64,000 bases of DNA from an uncultured cyanobacterium. GTDB lineage: Bacteria; Cyanobacteriota; Cyanobacteriia; PCC-6307; Cyanobiaceae. The stretch is from positions 160,001 through 224,000 of the forward strand of contig CAVXWZ010000011.1 in NCBI GenBank assembly GCA_963765575.1, given 5' to 3'. The notes beneath the pieces were generated by a model. That model was not told the DNA's origin and did no database searches. It worked only from the letters and a program-made list of their open reading frames with translations. Below, piece after piece: positions 1 to 11,204 of the stretch. The translations under genes and the position numbers were made by a program. Positions within the stretch are counted from its first letter, which is position 1. Each line of letters opens with the position of its first letter.

Positions 1-1210
1 GCTGGAGCGCCAGCAGACCCACCTCGAGCTGATCGCCTCGGAGAACTTCACCTCCCGCGCCGTGATGGAGGCCCAGGGCTCGGTGCTCACCAACAAGTAC
101 GCCGAGGGCCTGCCGTCGAAGCGCTACTACGGCGGCTGCGAGCACGTGGACGCCATCGAGGAGCTGGCGATCGAGCGGGCCAGGCAGCTGTTCGGGGCCG
201 CCTGGGCCAATGTGCAGCCCCACAGCGGCGCCCAGGCCAACTTCGCCGTGTTCCTGGCCCTGCTGCAGCCCGGCGACACGATCCTGGGCATGGACCTCAG
301 CCACGGCGGCCACCTCACCCACGGCTCGCCGGTGAACGTGAGCGGCAAGTGGTTCAAGGCCGTGCACTACGGCGTGGACCCCGAAACCCAGCAGCTCAAC
401 TTCGACAGCATCCGCCAGCTGGCGCTGCAGCACCGGCCCAAGCTGATCGTGTGCGGCTACTCGGCCTACCCCCGCAGCATCGACTTCCAGGCCTTCCGCG
501 CCATCGCCGATGAGGTGGGCGCCTTCCTGCTCGCCGACATGGCCCACATCGCCGGCCTGGTGGCCGCCGGCGTGCACGCCAACCCCGTGCCCGCGTGCGA
601 TGTGGTCACCACCACCACCCACAAGACCCTGCGCGGCCCCCGCGGCGGCCTGATCCTCTGCCGCGATGCCGAGTTCGGCAAGCGCTTTGACAAGGCCGTG
701 TTCCCCGGCAGCCAGGGCGGCCCGCTGGAGCACGTGATCGCCGCCAAGGCGGTGGCCTTCGGCGAAGCCCTGCTGCCTTCCTTCCGGGCCTACAGCGAGC
801 AGGTGGTGCGCAATGCCCAGGCCCTGGCGCAGCGCATCCAGGAGCGGGGCATCGCCGTGGTCAGCGGTGGCACCGACAACCACCTGGTGCTGCTGGATCT
901 GCGCAGCATCGGCATGACCGGCAAGGTGGCGGACCTGCTGGTGAGCGACGTGCACATCACCGCCAACAAGAACACGGTGCCCTTCGATCCCGAGTCCCCC
1001 TTCGTCACCAGTGGTCTGCGCCTCGGCACCGCCGCCTGCACCACCCGCGGCTTTGATGCCGAGGCCTTTGCCGAGGTGGCCGACGTGATCGCCGACCGCC
1101 TGCTCAACCCCGAGGATGGGGCGATCGAGGAGCGCTGCCGGCAGCGGGTGGCGGGGCTCTGCGCGCGCTTCCCCCTCTATGCCGGCGAGCGTCAGCTGCA
1201 GCCCGCCTGA
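1..1210 (+). CDS. glyA: Serine hydroxymethyltransferase, 5'-truncated by the window edge
   Basis: Frame open from base 2 (LELIASENF); NKYAEG, GGHLTHG and [17 protein letters not shown]-lysine motif. Confidence 0.98.
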   Translation, partial: LERQQTHLELIASENFTSRAVMEAQGSVLTNKYAEGLPSKRYYGGCEHVDAIEELAIERARQLFGAAWANVQPHSGAQANFAVFLALLQPGDTILGMDLSHGGHLTHGSPVNVSGKWFKAVHYGVDPETQQLNFDSIRQLALQHRPKLIVCGYSAYPRSIDFQAFRAIADEVGAFLLADMAHIAGLVAAGVHANPVPACDVVTTTTHKTLRGPRGGLILCRDAEFGKRFDKAVFPGSQGGPLEHVIAAKAVAFGEALLPSFRAYSEQVVRNAQALAQRIQERGIAVVSGGTDNHLVLLDLRSIGMTGKVADLLVSDVHITANKNTVPFDPESPFVTSGLRLGTAACTTRGFDAEAFAEVADVIADRLLNPEDGAIEERCRQRVAGLCARFPLYAGERQLQPA

Positions 1211-1280
1211 ACATCGCTGTGGCTGCCCGTAGGGTGGCGCGGCCCCAGGCCTTCCCACCCGTCCGCCCCGGCCCGTTGCC

Positions 1281-2372
1281 GTGACCCTTGCCTACAGCCC
1301 CAATGCGGCCGCGCTGCTCACCTTTGTGGTGGCGGCGGGGCTCACGGCGCTGGTGGTGCCCCAGGTGCGGCGTCTCGGGCTGCGCTGGGGCCTGACCGAC
1401 CAGCCCGATGCCCGCAAACAGCACACCCGGCCGATGGTGCGGCTGGGGGGGGTGGGCATCATGATCGGCTTCAGCGTGGCCCTCACCCTCACCTGGCTGC
1501 TGGGTGGTTTCGCCGAGCTGGAGCCCAGCAAGGACCTGCTGATCTGGACCACGCTGGCCGGCTGCCTGTGCTTTTTCGTGATCGGCCTGGCCGACGACCT
1601 CTTCGCCCTGCCGCCGCTGCCGCGGCTGGGGGCCCAGCTGGCGGTGTCGCTGGTGGTGTGGGCTGAAGGGGTGCGCATCGGCAGCATCGAGATCCCCTCG
1701 GGCTGGACCGGCCAATCGAGCACCCTGGTGCAGCTGCCCGACTGGCTCAGCCTGCTGGCCACGGTGATCTGGCTGGTGGGCATCACCAACGCCATCAACT
1801 GGCTTGATGGCCTCGACGGCCTGGCTGCCGGCGTCAGCGGCATCGCCGCGGTGGGCCTGCTGTCGGTGAGCTTCAGCCTGCACCAGCCGGCCGCCGGGCT
1901 GCTGGCCGCGGCCCTGGCCGGCGGCTGCCTGGGCTTCCTGCGCCACAACTTCAACCCTGCCCGCATCTTCATGGGCGATGGGGGCTCCTATTTCCTCGGC
2001 TTCGCCCTGGCGGCGGTGAGCATCGTGGGCCCAGCCAAGGGCCTCACCAGCGTCAGTGTGCTGCTGCCGCTGCTGATTCTCTCGCTGCCCCTGGCCGACA
2101 TGTCGGCGGTGATCATGGGCCGACTCAGCGAGGGGCACTCCCCCTTCCATCCCGATCGCCGGCATCTGCACCACCGGCTGCTGCGCACCGGGCTCAGCCA
2201 TCGCCGCACCGTGCTGCTGATCTACGCCTTCACCCAGTGGCTGGCCTCCCTGGCCCTGGTGCTGGTGAACGCGGAGATGCGTTTCCTCTGGCTGGGGCTG
2301 GCCACCGCCGTGTTGATCTGGGTGCTGGTGAGCACCCGCCGGGCCCTGCACAGCCAGGACAGCCCCCGATGA
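1281..2372 (+). CDS. MraY/WecA-family (glycosyl transferase family 4) polyprenyl-phosphate sugar-1-phosphate transferase
   Basis: Multi-TM protein with [24 protein letters not shown] and DRRHLHHRL motifs. Confidence 0.92.
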   Translation: MTLAYSPNAAALLTFVVAAGLTALVVPQVRRLGLRWGLTDQPDARKQHTRPMVRLGGVGIMIGFSVALTLTWLLGGFAELEPSKDLLIWTTLAGCLCFFVIGLADDLFALPPLPRLGAQLAVSLVVWAEGVRIGSIEIPSGWTGQSSTLVQLPDWLSLLATVIWLVGITNAINWLDGLDGLAAGVSGIAAVGLLSVSFSLHQPAAGLLAAALAGGCLGFLRHNFNPARIFMGDGGSYFLGFALAAVSIVGPAKGLTSVSVLLPLLILSLPLADMSAVIMGRLSEGHSPFHPDRRHLHHRLLRTGLSHRRTVLLIYAFTQWLASLALVLVNAEMRFLWLGLATAVLIWVLVSTRRALHSQDSPR

Positions 2373-3682
2373 GCCCCGCCGCCGCCGAGGTGCTCTGTGT
2401 GGGCACCGAACTGCTGCTCGGCAGCATCACCAACGGCAACGCCCGCTGGCTTGCCGAGCAGTTGGCCAGTCTGGGGATCCCCCACCTGCGCCAGGAGGTG
2501 GTGGGCGACAACCGCGAGCGCCTGATCGCCGCCGTGCGCGAGGCGTCAGGCCGCTGCCGGGTGCTGATCACCACCGGCGGTCTGGGCCCCACCCCCGACG
2601 ACCTCACCACCGAGGCGATCGCCGCCGCCTTCGGCGCGCCGCTGCAGGAGCGGCCGGAGGCCTGGGCCGAGCTGCAGTCCCGGCTGCTCCAGCGCGGTCG
2701 GCCCATCACCGCCAGCCTGCGCCGGCAGGCCCTGCTGCCTCCCGCTGCCGAGCTGCTGCCCAATCCCACCGGCACGGCTCCGGGCATGATCTGGACCCCC
2801 CGGCCCGGCTTCACGGTGCTCACCTTCCCCGGGGTGCCCAGCGAGATGCGGGCCATGTGGCAGGCCACCGCCGCCCCCTGGCTGCGGCAGGCCGGCCTGG
2901 CCGAGGGGGTGATCGCCAGCCGCCTGCTGCGCTTCTGGGGGCTGGCGGAATCCGACCTGGCCGAGCGGGTGGCCGACCTGCTTGAGGGGGGCAATCCCAC
3001 CGTGGCCCCCTATGCCGGGGCGGGCGAGGTGAAGCTGCGGCTCACGGCCCGGGCCGATTCCGGTGAGCTGGCCCAGGCCCAGCTGGCGCCGCTGGAGGCC
3101 GAGATCCGCGGCCGGCTCGGTCCACTTTGCTTCGGCGCCGACGACGACTCCCTGGCCTCGGTGCTGCTGGAGCTGCTGCGCCGCCGCCAGGAAACCGTGG
3201 CCGTGGCCGAGAGCTGCACCGCCGGCGGCATCGGCGCGGCCCTGGGGGCGGTGCCCGGGGCCTCCGATGCCTTCCTGGGCGGTGTGATCGCCTATGCCAA
3301 CACGGTCAAGCAGGCGCTGCTGGGCGTGCCGGAGAGCACCCTGGCGGTGCACGGGGCGGTGAGCGATCCGGTGGCCCTGGCGATGGCGGCAGGGGTGCGG
3401 CGCCTCACCGGCGCCAGTTGGGGCATCGCCGTGACCGGCATCGCTGGTCCCGGCGGTGGCAGTGCCGCCAAGCCGGTGGGCCTGGTGCACATTGCCGTGG
3501 CCGGCCCCGATGGCAGCCACAGCGAGGCGGTGCGCTTCTCTCCCAGCCGCGGCCGCGCCTGGATCCAGACCCTCAGCACCGGCGCGGCGCTGGACCGGTT
3601 GCGCCTGCGGCTGCTGGCCGGCGACCCAGGCGCAACACCTGGGATGGCAGCAGGCCGTAGCGACGCAGAAAGCAGGCGCTGA
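2369..3682 (+). CDS. cinA: Competence/damage-inducible protein CinA (MoCF-like domain plus PncC domain)
   Basis: ATG at 2369 overlaps the upstream stop (ATGA); [35 protein letters not shown]. Confidence 0.95.
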   Translation: MSPAAAEVLCVGTELLLGSITNGNARWLAEQLASLGIPHLRQEVVGDNRERLIAAVREASGRCRVLITTGGLGPTPDDLTTEAIAAAFGAPLQERPEAWAELQSRLLQRGRPITASLRRQALLPPAAELLPNPTGTAPGMIWTPRPGFTVLTFPGVPSEMRAMWQATAAPWLRQAGLAEGVIASRLLRFWGLAESDLAERVADLLEGGNPTVAPYAGAGEVKLRLTARADSGELAQAQLAPLEAEIRGRLGPLCFGADDDSLASVLLELLRRRQETVAVAESCTAGGIGAALGAVPGASDAFLGGVIAYANTVKQALLGVPESTLAVHGAVSDPVALAMAAGVRRLTGASWGIAVTGIAGPGGGSAAKPVGLVHIAVAGPDGSHSEAVRFSPSRGRAWIQTLSTGAALDRLRLRLLAGDPGATPGMAAGRSDAESRR

Positions 3683-3744
3683 AGCTGGAGAGGTGCTGAA
3701 AGCCTTGCCGCTGGGGGGAGCCATGGATCAGCAGTGAGACGTTC

Positions 3745-4017
3745 GTCCGTGAGCCCACCGAGGTCGCCGCGGGTAAACAGTCGCAGTCGCGGCGAGAGGA
3801 ACACCTGGCCCTGCAGGCCGCTCAGGGGGTGGACCACCGGATCCTCCGCACTTCCCGTGAAGCGACGTTCAATCACCCGGCAACAGAAGGAGCGCTGGAC
3901 GTTCACGGTCACGTCGGTTTCGACATCAAGCACCCTGATGCCGGCGTAGGGAATCAGGGTTGTATCGCCAGGGTTGCCAATCGCCTGTTCCCGTACCCCA
4001 AAGCGATACTTGCACTT
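3745..4017 (-). pseudogene. Internal fragment of a probable outer-membrane beta-barrel hypothetical protein
   Basis: Minus frame reads KYRFGVREQAIGNPGDTTLIPYAGIRVL...HPLSGLQGQVFLSPRLRLFTRGDLGG, directly after an in-frame TGA (4018-4020) with no suitable start. Family recalled from memory, not searched. Confidence 0.35.
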
Positions 4018-4240
4018 TCAGAACATCGTCAATCGGGCTGTCGCGATCGACAGCTGGCTGGGGGAAGGAGTGAACCGGAGATGAACTGTAGATGGGCGGG
4101 AGATGGACTGGTGAGACCGTTGCGATGGAGCGCTGGCTCGGGCGGCTGCCGTGTTGCCAGGCTCTAGCCGTGGCTAGATTGATCCTGTGGTCGCCAGATG
4201 ATCACAGCTTTTCCCTGCTTTCTTCGCTCTCGCATTCATC

Positions 4241-4516
4241 ATGACATCAATTTCTCGTCTTGTTCTTTCACGCACTGGTGCTGGTTTGATGATGACGCTC
4301 TCTCTCGCGCTGATGGCAGGACCTGCTTGGGCTGGCAGCATCACCGCCTCTTCGATCATCAGTGAGGAGTCTGCGAAGCAGCGCGCGATGGAGCAGGTCC
4401 CCAAGAACGCCACGGTGGTGTCAAGCCGCTGTCAGACAATTGGTATGCGGGGTGGTGATTACTCCTACAGATGTTCGGTGCAGTATCAGGTCGAGCCCAC
4501 CGGGGCTCAGCCATAG
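4241..4516 (+). CDS. Small secreted hypothetical protein with two Cys
   Basis: Signal peptide ending PAWA; short mature domain with an RC...RC pair. Confidence 0.6.
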   Translation: MTSISRLVLSRTGAGLMMTLSLALMAGPAWAGSITASSIISEESAKQRAMEQVPKNATVVSSRCQTIGMRGGDYSYRCSVQYQVEPTGAQP

Positions 4517-5206
4517 GCGACCTGGCAGACGGCATTGAGCAACTGCGCCTCGGAGGCATTGGCCGGCGGCTGTCCATCGACCAAGGCCCATGTCGCAGTT
4601 GGCGCCCCCGGCGAGTTGGCTCCCTCCGTCGACGCTGTAGAAGAAGCTCACACCATGCTCGCCAATTGCCTCCACGGAGGCATAATTGAGTTGGAATGAT
4701 GTCTGGGGGATCAGAATCACACTGGACTGCGCCGCTGCTGCCGTATTGACGAGCTCGGTGACCGTGGCGGCCGCCGCCAGGCTGGTGATCCCCCAGGCGG
4801 CGGCACTGGCGCCCCACCATCGCCAGCCGGCTGGATTCACCCGATACCAGCCAGTGGCCCAGGGACGGGCCTTCCAGTAGCCGCCGTTGTCCCAGGCGGG
4901 ATGCACGGCGCCATAGGGACGGTTGTAGAAGCCACGGCCCAGATCATCCCCAGCGCGTGGCGCGGCAGGGCGTACTCCGGCCCCGTAGATCGGATGGTAT
5001 CCAGGTCGTCCCACCCCCACTCCGCCCCCAAACCTGTAGCCACCACCGCCACGGCCCAGGCGTGCCTCCACTGCTGAGGCAGAGACCATCGCCAGCGCTC
5101 CGGCCATGGCCAGGCTGAAGGCCCTGCCACCCCACCTTTTCAGCCCACCTTGACCTTCATGATGACCAGGCATCGTGCTGAATGTCGTGATCTTGTCGAT
5201 GCTCAT
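4507..5206 (-). CDS. Secreted Gly/Trp/Arg-rich hypothetical protein with a 1-bp frameshift near 4583
   Basis: Signal peptide (..AVEA), Gly-rich N-part, WWGASAAAWG. Removing one base in ggccttggtcgat gives GANCDMGLVDGQPPANASEAQLLNAVCQVAYG and a stop at 4507. True start may be downstream (e.g. 5173). Confidence 0.65.
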
Positions 5207-5420
5207 CTGACGGCAGCGGGAGTGTATTGATTTTATCTAATCGCGGTGAGATTGACATGTGCTTGTGCGCTGTCATGTCTTTTGCGCGAATCCGTTGGCG
5301 TGCTGTGGGGATGACTGTCGACCGTTGCCCGATGGCTTGCCGGCCGTTCGTAGGCGCCGCCGGGAATGGCCGTCGATCGATCCTGCGCCTGTGCATGCGC
5401 GTGCGCCTCTGCGGCTGCGC

Positions 5421-6044
5421 TCAGCCGCTGCCCGCCAGCCCTGGGAAGCCCTTGGACAGCCCGGTGAACAGCATCTGAGCAGCGATCGAACTGAGCAGCA
5501 GGCCCATGATCTTGGTGAGGACCTGCAGTGTTGATGTACTCAGCAGGTTGCTGAGGCGTTCACCGACGGCAAAGACCAGAAACACCAGCGCACTGATCGC
5601 CAGAATCACCACACTGAGCTCCAGGCGTCCGCTCCGGGTGGCAACCTCCGGCTCCGCCAGCACCAGGGCGATCGTGCCCGGTCCGGCGATCAGCGGAATG
5701 CCGAGCGGCACCACCCCTTTCAAGGCGGAATCCGCATCCCGCTCGACGCTGGCCGGGTCGTGCTGAATCGCCGACGTCTCCGAGTGCAGCATCGACAGAC
5801 CGATCAGCAGCAGGATCAATCCGCCCGCCGCCTGGAACGCCTCGATGCTGATGCCGAAGAGGTTGAGCAGGGCCTGACCCAGCCAGTCGGAGAGCAGCAG
5901 GGTGATCGCCACCGTGAGGGCACAGGAGCGGGCGATGGCCAGATCGCTGCGTCGATTGCCGCTGGTGAACGACAGGTAGATGGGCAGGTTGCCGATCGGA
6001 TTGGCAACCACAAGGATGCCGACGGCCGTGACGGCGAGGGACAT
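5421..6044 (-). CDS. MarC-family integral membrane protein
   Basis: ANPIGNLPIY, AGGLILLLIGLSML, VVPLGIPLIAGPGTI, TKIMGLLLSSIA. Confidence 0.9.
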   Translation of the reverse strand: MSLAVTAVGILVVANPIGNLPIYLSFTSGNRRSDLAIARSCALTVAITLLLSDWLGQALLNLFGISIEAFQAAGGLILLLIGLSMLHSETSAIQHDPASVERDADSALKGVVPLGIPLIAGPGTIALVLAEPEVATRSGRLELSVVILAISALVFLVFAVGERLSNLLSTSTLQVLTKIMGLLLSSIAAQMLFTGLSKGFPGLAGSG

Positions 6045-6182
6045 GGGTGGGGGTGTCTGCCCTCCCCTCCTAGCCAAGCGGCTGCGGGCCGCCCGTCGGC
6101 TGTCCCTGACCAGGGGGGAGGAATGGCCAAGCCTTCAACCCGGCAGGCCCCCTAGGGTGGCTGATCGCCCCCTTGCTGTTCC

Positions 6183-7625
6183 TTGAGCGCCGGCACCCTC
6201 TACGACAAGGTCTGGGATCTGCACCGGGTTGCCGAGCTTCCCGGTGGCTCCACCCAGCTGTTCATCGGCCTGCACCTGATCCATGAGGTCACCAGCCCCC
6301 AGGCCTTCGCCGCGCTGCGGGATCTGGGCCTGGGCGTCCGCCACCCGGAGCGCACCGTGGCCACGGTGGATCACATCGTGCCCACCACCTCCCAGGCGCG
6401 GCCCTTCGCCGATCCCCTCGCCGAAGAGATGCTCACCACCCTGGAGCGCAATTGCGCCGAGCACGCCATCACCCTGCACGGTCTCGGCAGTGGCCGCCAG
6501 GGGATCGTGCACGTGATCGCCCCCGAGCTCGGCCTCACCCAGCCGGGGATGACGGTCGCCTGCGGTGACTCCCACACCTCCACCCACGGTGCCTTCGGGG
6601 CGATCGCCTTCGGCATCGGCACCAGCCAGGTGCGCGACGTGCTGGCCAGCCAGAGCCTCTCGATGGCCAAGCTCAGGGTGCGGCGCATCTGGGTGGACGG
6701 GCGCCTGCAGAGTGGTGTCTACGCCAAGGATCTGGTGCTGCACATCATCCGCAGCCTGGGCGTCAAGGGCGGCGTGGGCTTTGCCTACGAGTTCGCCGGC
6801 CCGGCCATCGAGGCGCTCTCGATGGAGGAGCGCATGACCCTGTGCAACATGGCGATCGAGGGCGGCGCCCGCTGCGGCTACGTCAACCCGGACGCCACCA
6901 CCTTCGCCTACCTCCAGGGCCGCGCCTGCGCGCCCACCGGGGCAGCCTGGGAGCGGGCCGTGGCCTGGTGGAGCTCGCTTGCCAGTGGGGCGGAGGCCGT
7001 GTTCGACGACGAGGTGCGCTTCGATGCCGCCACGATCGCTCCCACCGTGACCTGGGGGATCACCCCCGGCCAGGGCATCGGTGTGGACGAAACGGTGCCC
7101 ACCCCTGAGGAGCTCGATGCCGACGAGCGGCCCCTCGCCGGGGAGGCCTACCGCTACATGGACCTGAGCCCCGGGGCGCCGATCGCCGGCACCCCGGTGG
7201 ATGTGTGCTTCATCGGCAGCTGCACCAACGGCCGTCTCAGCGACCTGCAGGCCGCCGCCGAGGTGGCCCGCGGGCGGCAGGTGGCGCCGGGCATCCGGGC
7301 CTTCGTGGTGCCGGGCAGTGAGCAGGTGGCCGCCGCCGCCGAGGCCGAGGGGCTCGATGCGCTGTTCCGCAGCGCCGGGTTCGAATGGCGCCAGCCCGGC
7401 TGTTCCATGTGCCTGGCCATGAACCCGGATCGGCTCGAAGGCCGCCAGATCAGTGCCAGCTCCAGCAACCGCAACTTCAAGGGCCGCCAGGGGTCGGCGT
7501 CCGGGCGCACGCTGCTGATGAGCCCGGCGATGGTGGCGGCCGCCGCGGTCGCCGGCCACGTTGTCGATGTGCGCCCCCTGCTGACCGACGCGGCTGCCAC
7601 CGCTCCCTCCCCCCTGCCCACGTGA
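6183..7625 (+). CDS. leuC: 3-isopropylmalate dehydratase large subunit
   Basis: [43 protein letters not shown]. Confidence 0.97.
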   Translation: MSAGTLYDKVWDLHRVAELPGGSTQLFIGLHLIHEVTSPQAFAALRDLGLGVRHPERTVATVDHIVPTTSQARPFADPLAEEMLTTLERNCAEHAITLHGLGSGRQGIVHVIAPELGLTQPGMTVACGDSHTSTHGAFGAIAFGIGTSQVRDVLASQSLSMAKLRVRRIWVDGRLQSGVYAKDLVLHIIRSLGVKGGVGFAYEFAGPAIEALSMEERMTLCNMAIEGGARCGYVNPDATTFAYLQGRACAPTGAAWERAVAWWSSLASGAEAVFDDEVRFDAATIAPTVTWGITPGQGIGVDETVPTPEELDADERPLAGEAYRYMDLSPGAPIAGTPVDVCFIGSCTNGRLSDLQAAAEVARGRQVAPGIRAFVVPGSEQVAAAAEAEGLDALFRSAGFEWRQPGCSMCLAMNPDRLEGRQISASSSNRNFKGRQGSASGRTLLMSPAMVAAAAVAGHVVDVRPLLTDAAATAPSPLPT

Positions 7626-8254
7626 ACCAGCAGCAGCCCTTCCCCTCCGGTCCGATCGCCTCCCACCGCGGCCGCGGCCTGCCGCTGCTGGGCGCCGACA
7701 TCGACACCGACCGGATCATTCCCGCCCGCTTCCTCAAGTGCGTCAGCTTCGAAAACCTGGCCACGGGCGTGTTCGCCGACGACCGCAGCGAGCGGGCGGG
7801 TGACCATCCCTTCGACCGCCCCCCCCATGCGGGGGCCTCGGTGCTGGTGGTGAACCGCAACTTCGGTTGCGGCTCCAGCCGCGAGCACGCCCCCCAGGCG
7901 CTGATGCGCTGGGGGATCCGGGCGCTGATCGGCGAGAGCTTCGCGGAGATCTTCTTCGGCAACTGCCTCGCCCTGGGGCTGCCCTGCCTCAGCGCCGAGG
8001 GCGTCCATGTGGCCGAACTGCAGGCGCTGATCGCGCTGGATCCCGCCGCCGAACTGCTCCTCGATCTGGAGGCGATGGCGGTGGTGGTGGAGAGCGAATT
8101 CGCCGGCGACAACACCTGGCCGGTGCACCTGGATCCGGGGCCGCGCCGCATGTTGCTCAGCGGCCACTGGGATGGCACCTCCCAGCTCGTCGCCCACGAC
8201 GCCCAGCTGCAGGCCACCGCGGCGGCCTTGCCCTACCTCAACGGTTTCCGCTGA
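7622..8254 (+). CDS. leuD: 3-isopropylmalate dehydratase small subunit
   Basis: GTG overlapping the leuC stop; [25 protein letters not shown]. Confidence 0.96.
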   Translation: MNQQQPFPSGPIASHRGRGLPLLGADIDTDRIIPARFLKCVSFENLATGVFADDRSERAGDHPFDRPPHAGASVLVVNRNFGCGSSREHAPQALMRWGIRALIGESFAEIFFGNCLALGLPCLSAEGVHVAELQALIALDPAAELLLDLEAMAVVVESEFAGDNTWPVHLDPGPRRMLLSGHWDGTSQLVAHDAQLQATAAALPYLNGFR

Positions 8255-10784
8255 GCGGCGGCGCGGCGTTGGCGCCGGGGCGCGGCACGAAGGGGGTGCC
8301 GCTGCCGCCGAAGTTGAAGTCGTTGAGCTTGATGCGGATGCCGGCCGTCCCTTCGTAGGGGCTGTAGAAGATTCCCAGCTCGTAGGAGCGCTGCAGCAGC
8401 TTCAGCTCCAGGTAGGAGTCGCTCACCTCGCCGCTGAACCGGGAGCGCCCGTCGATGTTCACCGTGGCGCCTCCCTCCAGCACCAGGGGCCCATAGAGCT
8501 GCTGGGCGGCGCGGAAGCTCACGGTGCGCAGATCCACGGCCCGGTCGAAGCTGTACGGACTGAGGCCATCGCGCAGGGTGCCCCCCACCAGCACGGTCAG
8601 CTGGGTGAAGTCGAACCAGGGATCCCGGAACCGCCCCAGCGTCAGCGCCGGACCGCCGTAGAGGGTGAGCGTGCTCTGCCGGTCGCCGTCCTCGTAGAAG
8701 GCGCCCGTGCCCACCAGGCCGAAGTCCAGCGCCAGCCCGGGACGGATCGGCTGCGGGGAATAGCGCAGGGCCGTTTCCTGCCGGCGCTCGGGGTCCAGCG
8801 GCGCCTCCCAGAGCTGCAGGGAACTGCTGAGATTGGCGTTCAGGCGGGTGCGCCACTGGCTGTCGAGGTTGTCGGTGTTGAACAGCTCGGCCCGGTAGCT
8901 GCCGCCGATGGCGCTCCAGTCCAGGTTCACGGCGCCCAGGTAGGGGGGGCGGCGGTTGCGGTCGATCGGGTCCCCGTCCTGGCGGTTGAAGCTGAGGCTG
9001 CCCTCCAGCTGGGCTCCATAGGAGCTGATCACGGTCTGGCGCCCCAGGCTGCCGTTGAAGATCAGCTCGCGGTAGCTGCCGAACACGCCGGCCTGGGCCG
9101 CGTCATGGCCGGGCAGGGGGATCGGGGTGTCGAGGCTGCCCTTGCTGCGGGTGCCCGCCCTGAAGTTCTCCGGATTGAGGGTGGAGAGGTCGGCCAGGGC
9201 CCGCAGGCGGAAGCGGTTGACCGGCACCTCCAGCACCCCCAGCAGGCCGAACACATCGCCCAGGCCGATGGTCTGGTTGACGCGCGAACCGGCCAGGTTG
9301 CGCCCCGGTTTGGTGTAGCTGTCGGTGCGGCCCTCAATGGCCCGTTGCACCATGAACTGGGGCTGGAGATCCAGCCGGCCTTTCTCCCCCAGCCGCAGGG
9401 TGGGCAGGTTGTAGCCCAGGTAGAGCCCATCGCGATCGCGACGGTCGGCGTCGATGCTCAGCTGCAGGCCCTCCTCGCCGATGGTGGTGTTGTTGATCCC
9501 CCGCAGGGCCAGCCTGTTGTTCAGCAGGATGCGTGTGCGCTGGGCCCGGATGCGGGTCACGCCGTCCGCCTCAAACAGGGCCTCCACCCCGTAGCCGATC
9601 AGCCAGGAGCGGGCGGGGGTGAAGGGGTCGTTGGTGAAGGCGATCTCGGCGGCGGTCCAGCGGTTGCCGCTGACGCGCACTTGGGAGGCCTGGAAGCGCA
9701 GCCGGTTGAGGCGGCCCGTCTTCGACTTGGGCCGCCGCAGCACGCTGGGACCGGTGGGCCTGCCGCGGCTGGCGTCCGGGTCGTCGTTGTCGTCCTCGAT
9801 GTCGTTGACATCGATCAGATCGAAGCGGATCGAGGTGTCGAGGCTCTGGCGGAAGCGCACGTCCCGCACCCGCTGGGGGAAGCGTTGCGCTCCGGGCTGA
9901 GCCTCAAGCGCCGGCGCTTGAGGCCGCTCCGCTGCATCGCCGCCAGCCTTCTCGCCAGTGCCCGCGACACCGACCGGCGGGCCGAGGGCCACGTCGGTGA
10001 GCAGCTCGCGCAGGGGTCGGGGCCGGCTGCTGTCGTCAGCTCCGGGACAGCCGGCTGGGGCCGGCAGGGTGGGCAGCGCCACCCGGCGGGGGGGCAGCAG
10101 GTCGCGCACCGTGCGCTGCCGGGGGTCATGCACCAGCTCGGGGCAGGCGAAATCGAGCTCGGCGGCGCTGCCCTGGGTCGGCTCCGCCGCAGGATCGCCA
10201 CGTTCACCCGCTGCCGATGCTGCCGCTGATTCGCCCGGCTGGCCCGGTTCGCCTGACTGGAGACCTGACTGGGCCGTTGGGCTGGGTCCTGAGCTGGCTG
10301 GCGAGCTGGCAGCTGAGCTGAAGGAGGCGATGTCCCCCTCCAGGTTCTCGACGTCGATGACCCCGTAGACGTCCTCGAGGTCCCCAGTGCCCTCCAGCTC
10401 GCTGTAGCGCAGCCGTCCCGCCTGCAGCTTCTGATCGCCGCGGATCAGGCGGACCCGACCGCTGGCATAGACGGTGCGCGTCGACTCCAGCACCTCCACC
10501 CGGTCGGCCAGCAGCAACCAGCCGTCGAAGGAGGCCTGCACATGGCCCTCGGCGATCAGCTTGCCCAGCTGCCCATCCACGCTCTGGCGATCGGCGGACA
10601 CCAGCAGAAAGCGTGTCGCGCCGGTCTGTTCAGGCCCAGCGGGGCGCTGCTTCTGCAGTTCGTCGCGGTCGACCGGGAGTGGCGCGGCGAGGCTGCGGGC
10701 CGGGGTGAGGCCACCTGCGGCGGCCAGGGGCAGAACCAGGGCCGCCACCGAGAGCACCAGCCTGCTGCCGGGGGAGGGGCTCAT
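8238..10784 (-). CDS. DUF3769 / LptD-like outer-membrane LPS-assembly protein
   Basis: Signal peptide, OstA-like N-domain (LIAEGHVQASFDGWLLLADRV), FTNDPFTP, barrel-like C-terminus ending LNDFNFGGSGTPF. Confidence 0.8.
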   Translation of the reverse strand: MSPSPGSRLVLSVAALVLPLAAAGGLTPARSLAAPLPVDRDELQKQRPAGPEQTGATRFLLVSADRQSVDGQLGKLIAEGHVQASFDGWLLLADRVEVLESTRTVYASGRVRLIRGDQKLQAGRLRYSELEGTGDLEDVYGVIDVENLEGDIASFSSAASSPASSGPSPTAQSGLQSGEPGQPGESAAASAAGERGDPAAEPTQGSAAELDFACPELVHDPRQRTVRDLLPPRRVALPTLPAPAGCPGADDSSRPRPLRELLTDVALGPPVGVAGTGEKAGGDAAERPQAPALEAQPGAQRFPQRVRDVRFRQSLDTSIRFDLIDVNDIEDDNDDPDASRGRPTGPSVLRRPKSKTGRLNRLRFQASQVRVSGNRWTAAEIAFTNDPFTPARSWLIGYGVEALFEADGVTRIRAQRTRILLNNRLALRGINNTTIGEEGLQLSIDADRRDRDGLYLGYNLPTLRLGEKGRLDLQPQFMVQRAIEGRTDSYTKPGRNLAGSRVNQTIGLGDVFGLLGVLEVPVNRFRLRALADLSTLNPENFRAGTRSKGSLDTPIPLPGHDAAQAGVFGSYRELIFNGSLGRQTVISSYGAQLEGSLSFNRQDGDPIDRNRRPPYLGAVNLDWSAIGGSYRAELFNTDNLDSQWRTRLNANLSSSLQLWEAPLDPERRQETALRYSPQPIRPGLALDFGLVGTGAFYEDGDRQSTLTLYGGPALTLGRFRDPWFDFTQLTVLVGGTLRDGLSPYSFDRAVDLRTVSFRAAQQLYGPLVLEGGATVNIDGRSRFSGEVSDSYLELKLLQRSYELGIFYSPYEGTAGIRIKLNDFNFGGSGTPFVPRPGANAAPPLSGNR

Positions 10785-10861
10785 CGGGGCTGGACAGTCG
10801 AACCAGCGGCGACGCTATGGCACAAGGACGTCGCTCGCCGGGATGGGGGGAAGGGTCTGGT

Positions 10862-10916
10862 GCGGCCACCACGGGACAGCGGCCATCACGGGACAGCGGC
10901 CATCACCCAGGGACAG
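10862..10916. repeat. 17-bp tandem repeat gcggcca(c/t)cacgggaca, two copies plus a degenerate third
   Basis: Read directly in the psbI-DUF3769 intergenic region. Confidence 0.8.
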
Positions 10917-10973
10917 TGAAGAGATGAAGAGGAGGGGGCCCGGACCGCAGCACTGCACAGGCGACCTGGCCGC

Positions 10974-11093
10974 TCAATCCTCGAGATCCTTGCGGCTTGG
11001 CGTACGGGTGGGATCGCTCGCCAGAAAGCCGAACACGAAGATCCCGATGAAGAAGAAAACGACCGAATAAACCGAGATCTTGAGAGCCAGCAT
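10974..11093 (-). CDS. psbI: Photosystem II reaction centre protein I
   Basis: [39 protein letters not shown] (39 aa, below the ORF-track cutoff). Confidence 0.97.
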   Translation of the reverse strand: MLALKISVYSVVFFFIGIFVFGFLASDPTRTPSRKDLED

Positions 11094-11204
11094 GGTTCGC
11101 CCTAGCGCGCGGGGTGGGTGACAGGGAGTGACAGGCCGCACGATGGGCCCGGTTGACCCTGCGGCATCCCCATCATCCTATGGGGACTGTGTGGCCATCC
11201 AACA

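Noticed and set aside
5227..5478. Cys/Arg-rich 83-aa ORF as a possible RiPP precursor or metallothionein
   Set aside because: It overlaps the marC end and the likely promoter region of the neighbouring gene, has no leader or regular Cys pattern, and no modifying enzymes are nearby.
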